From Bacillota bacterium (GTDB lineage Bacteria; Bacillota; Ch66; Ch109), in the NCBI GenBank assembly GCA_050952625.1, contig JBMNLH010000001.1:1568001-1632000 (forward strand): 64,000 bases of DNA, written 5' to 3'. A program made the translations under genes and the position numbers. Positions 63,865-64,000 of the stretch are shown piece after piece. A model generated the notes under the pieces. It made no database searches and was not told the origin of the DNA. It saw only the letters and a list, made by a program, of their open reading frames with translations. Each line of letters opens with the position of its first letter. Within the stretch, counting starts at the first letter, position 1.

Positions 63865-64000
63865 AAACCATTGATTGAGAGTAGTAACATAAACCACTTT
63901 ATCTTAAGAGAGCCGCAGGTGGTGAGATTGCGGCGGTAAAGCTTATGCGAATGGACTCATGAGGGCGAGGCAGAAATTTTTTTAGAGTATGCTAGCCGGG
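63865..64000 (+). promoter_or_regulatory. T-box riboswitch Stem I, Trp (UGG) specifier; continues beyond window
   Basis: GAG-AGTAGTA, AG box AGAGAG, apical GGTGAGA, specifier loop GAA-TGG-A-CTC. Confidence 0.8.

Overview
Chromosomal accessory-type region from an anaerobic Firmicute (Clostridia/Peptococcaceae-like; inferred from gene content: SLH proteins, T-box, double-cubane reductase system). It holds about 45 recognisable genes: FAH-family hydratase, ABC-F with a leader-peptide attenuator, TipA-like MerR, ParM-like actin plus bactofilin, an AbrB/VapC toxin-antitoxin pair, Mug, ZupT, a DUF488/dual-OB cluster, a TetR-ABC exporter operon, proA, several large sensor kinases, DUF1538/P-II, S-layer proteins, Hsp20, NagZ and a Trp T-box at the right edge. 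The most striking structure is a nested mobile element. A complete, cargo-less Tn554-family tyrosine-recombinase transposon (tnpABC, 3.7 kb) sits exactly in the loop (CTAAAG) of the right-end hairpin of an IS200/IS605 tnpA-tnpB element. This splits the IS end and the predicted 3' part of the TnpB omega-RNA. Removing it restores an IS608-like end that obeys the guide/cleavage pairing rules. The window also carries five copies (one partial) of a ~120 bp PATE/MITE-like palindromic element, many truncated gene remnants, and about a dozen otherwise intact genes with single-base frameshifts, which may be sequencing errors. All calls come from reading the sequence; no database searches were run.
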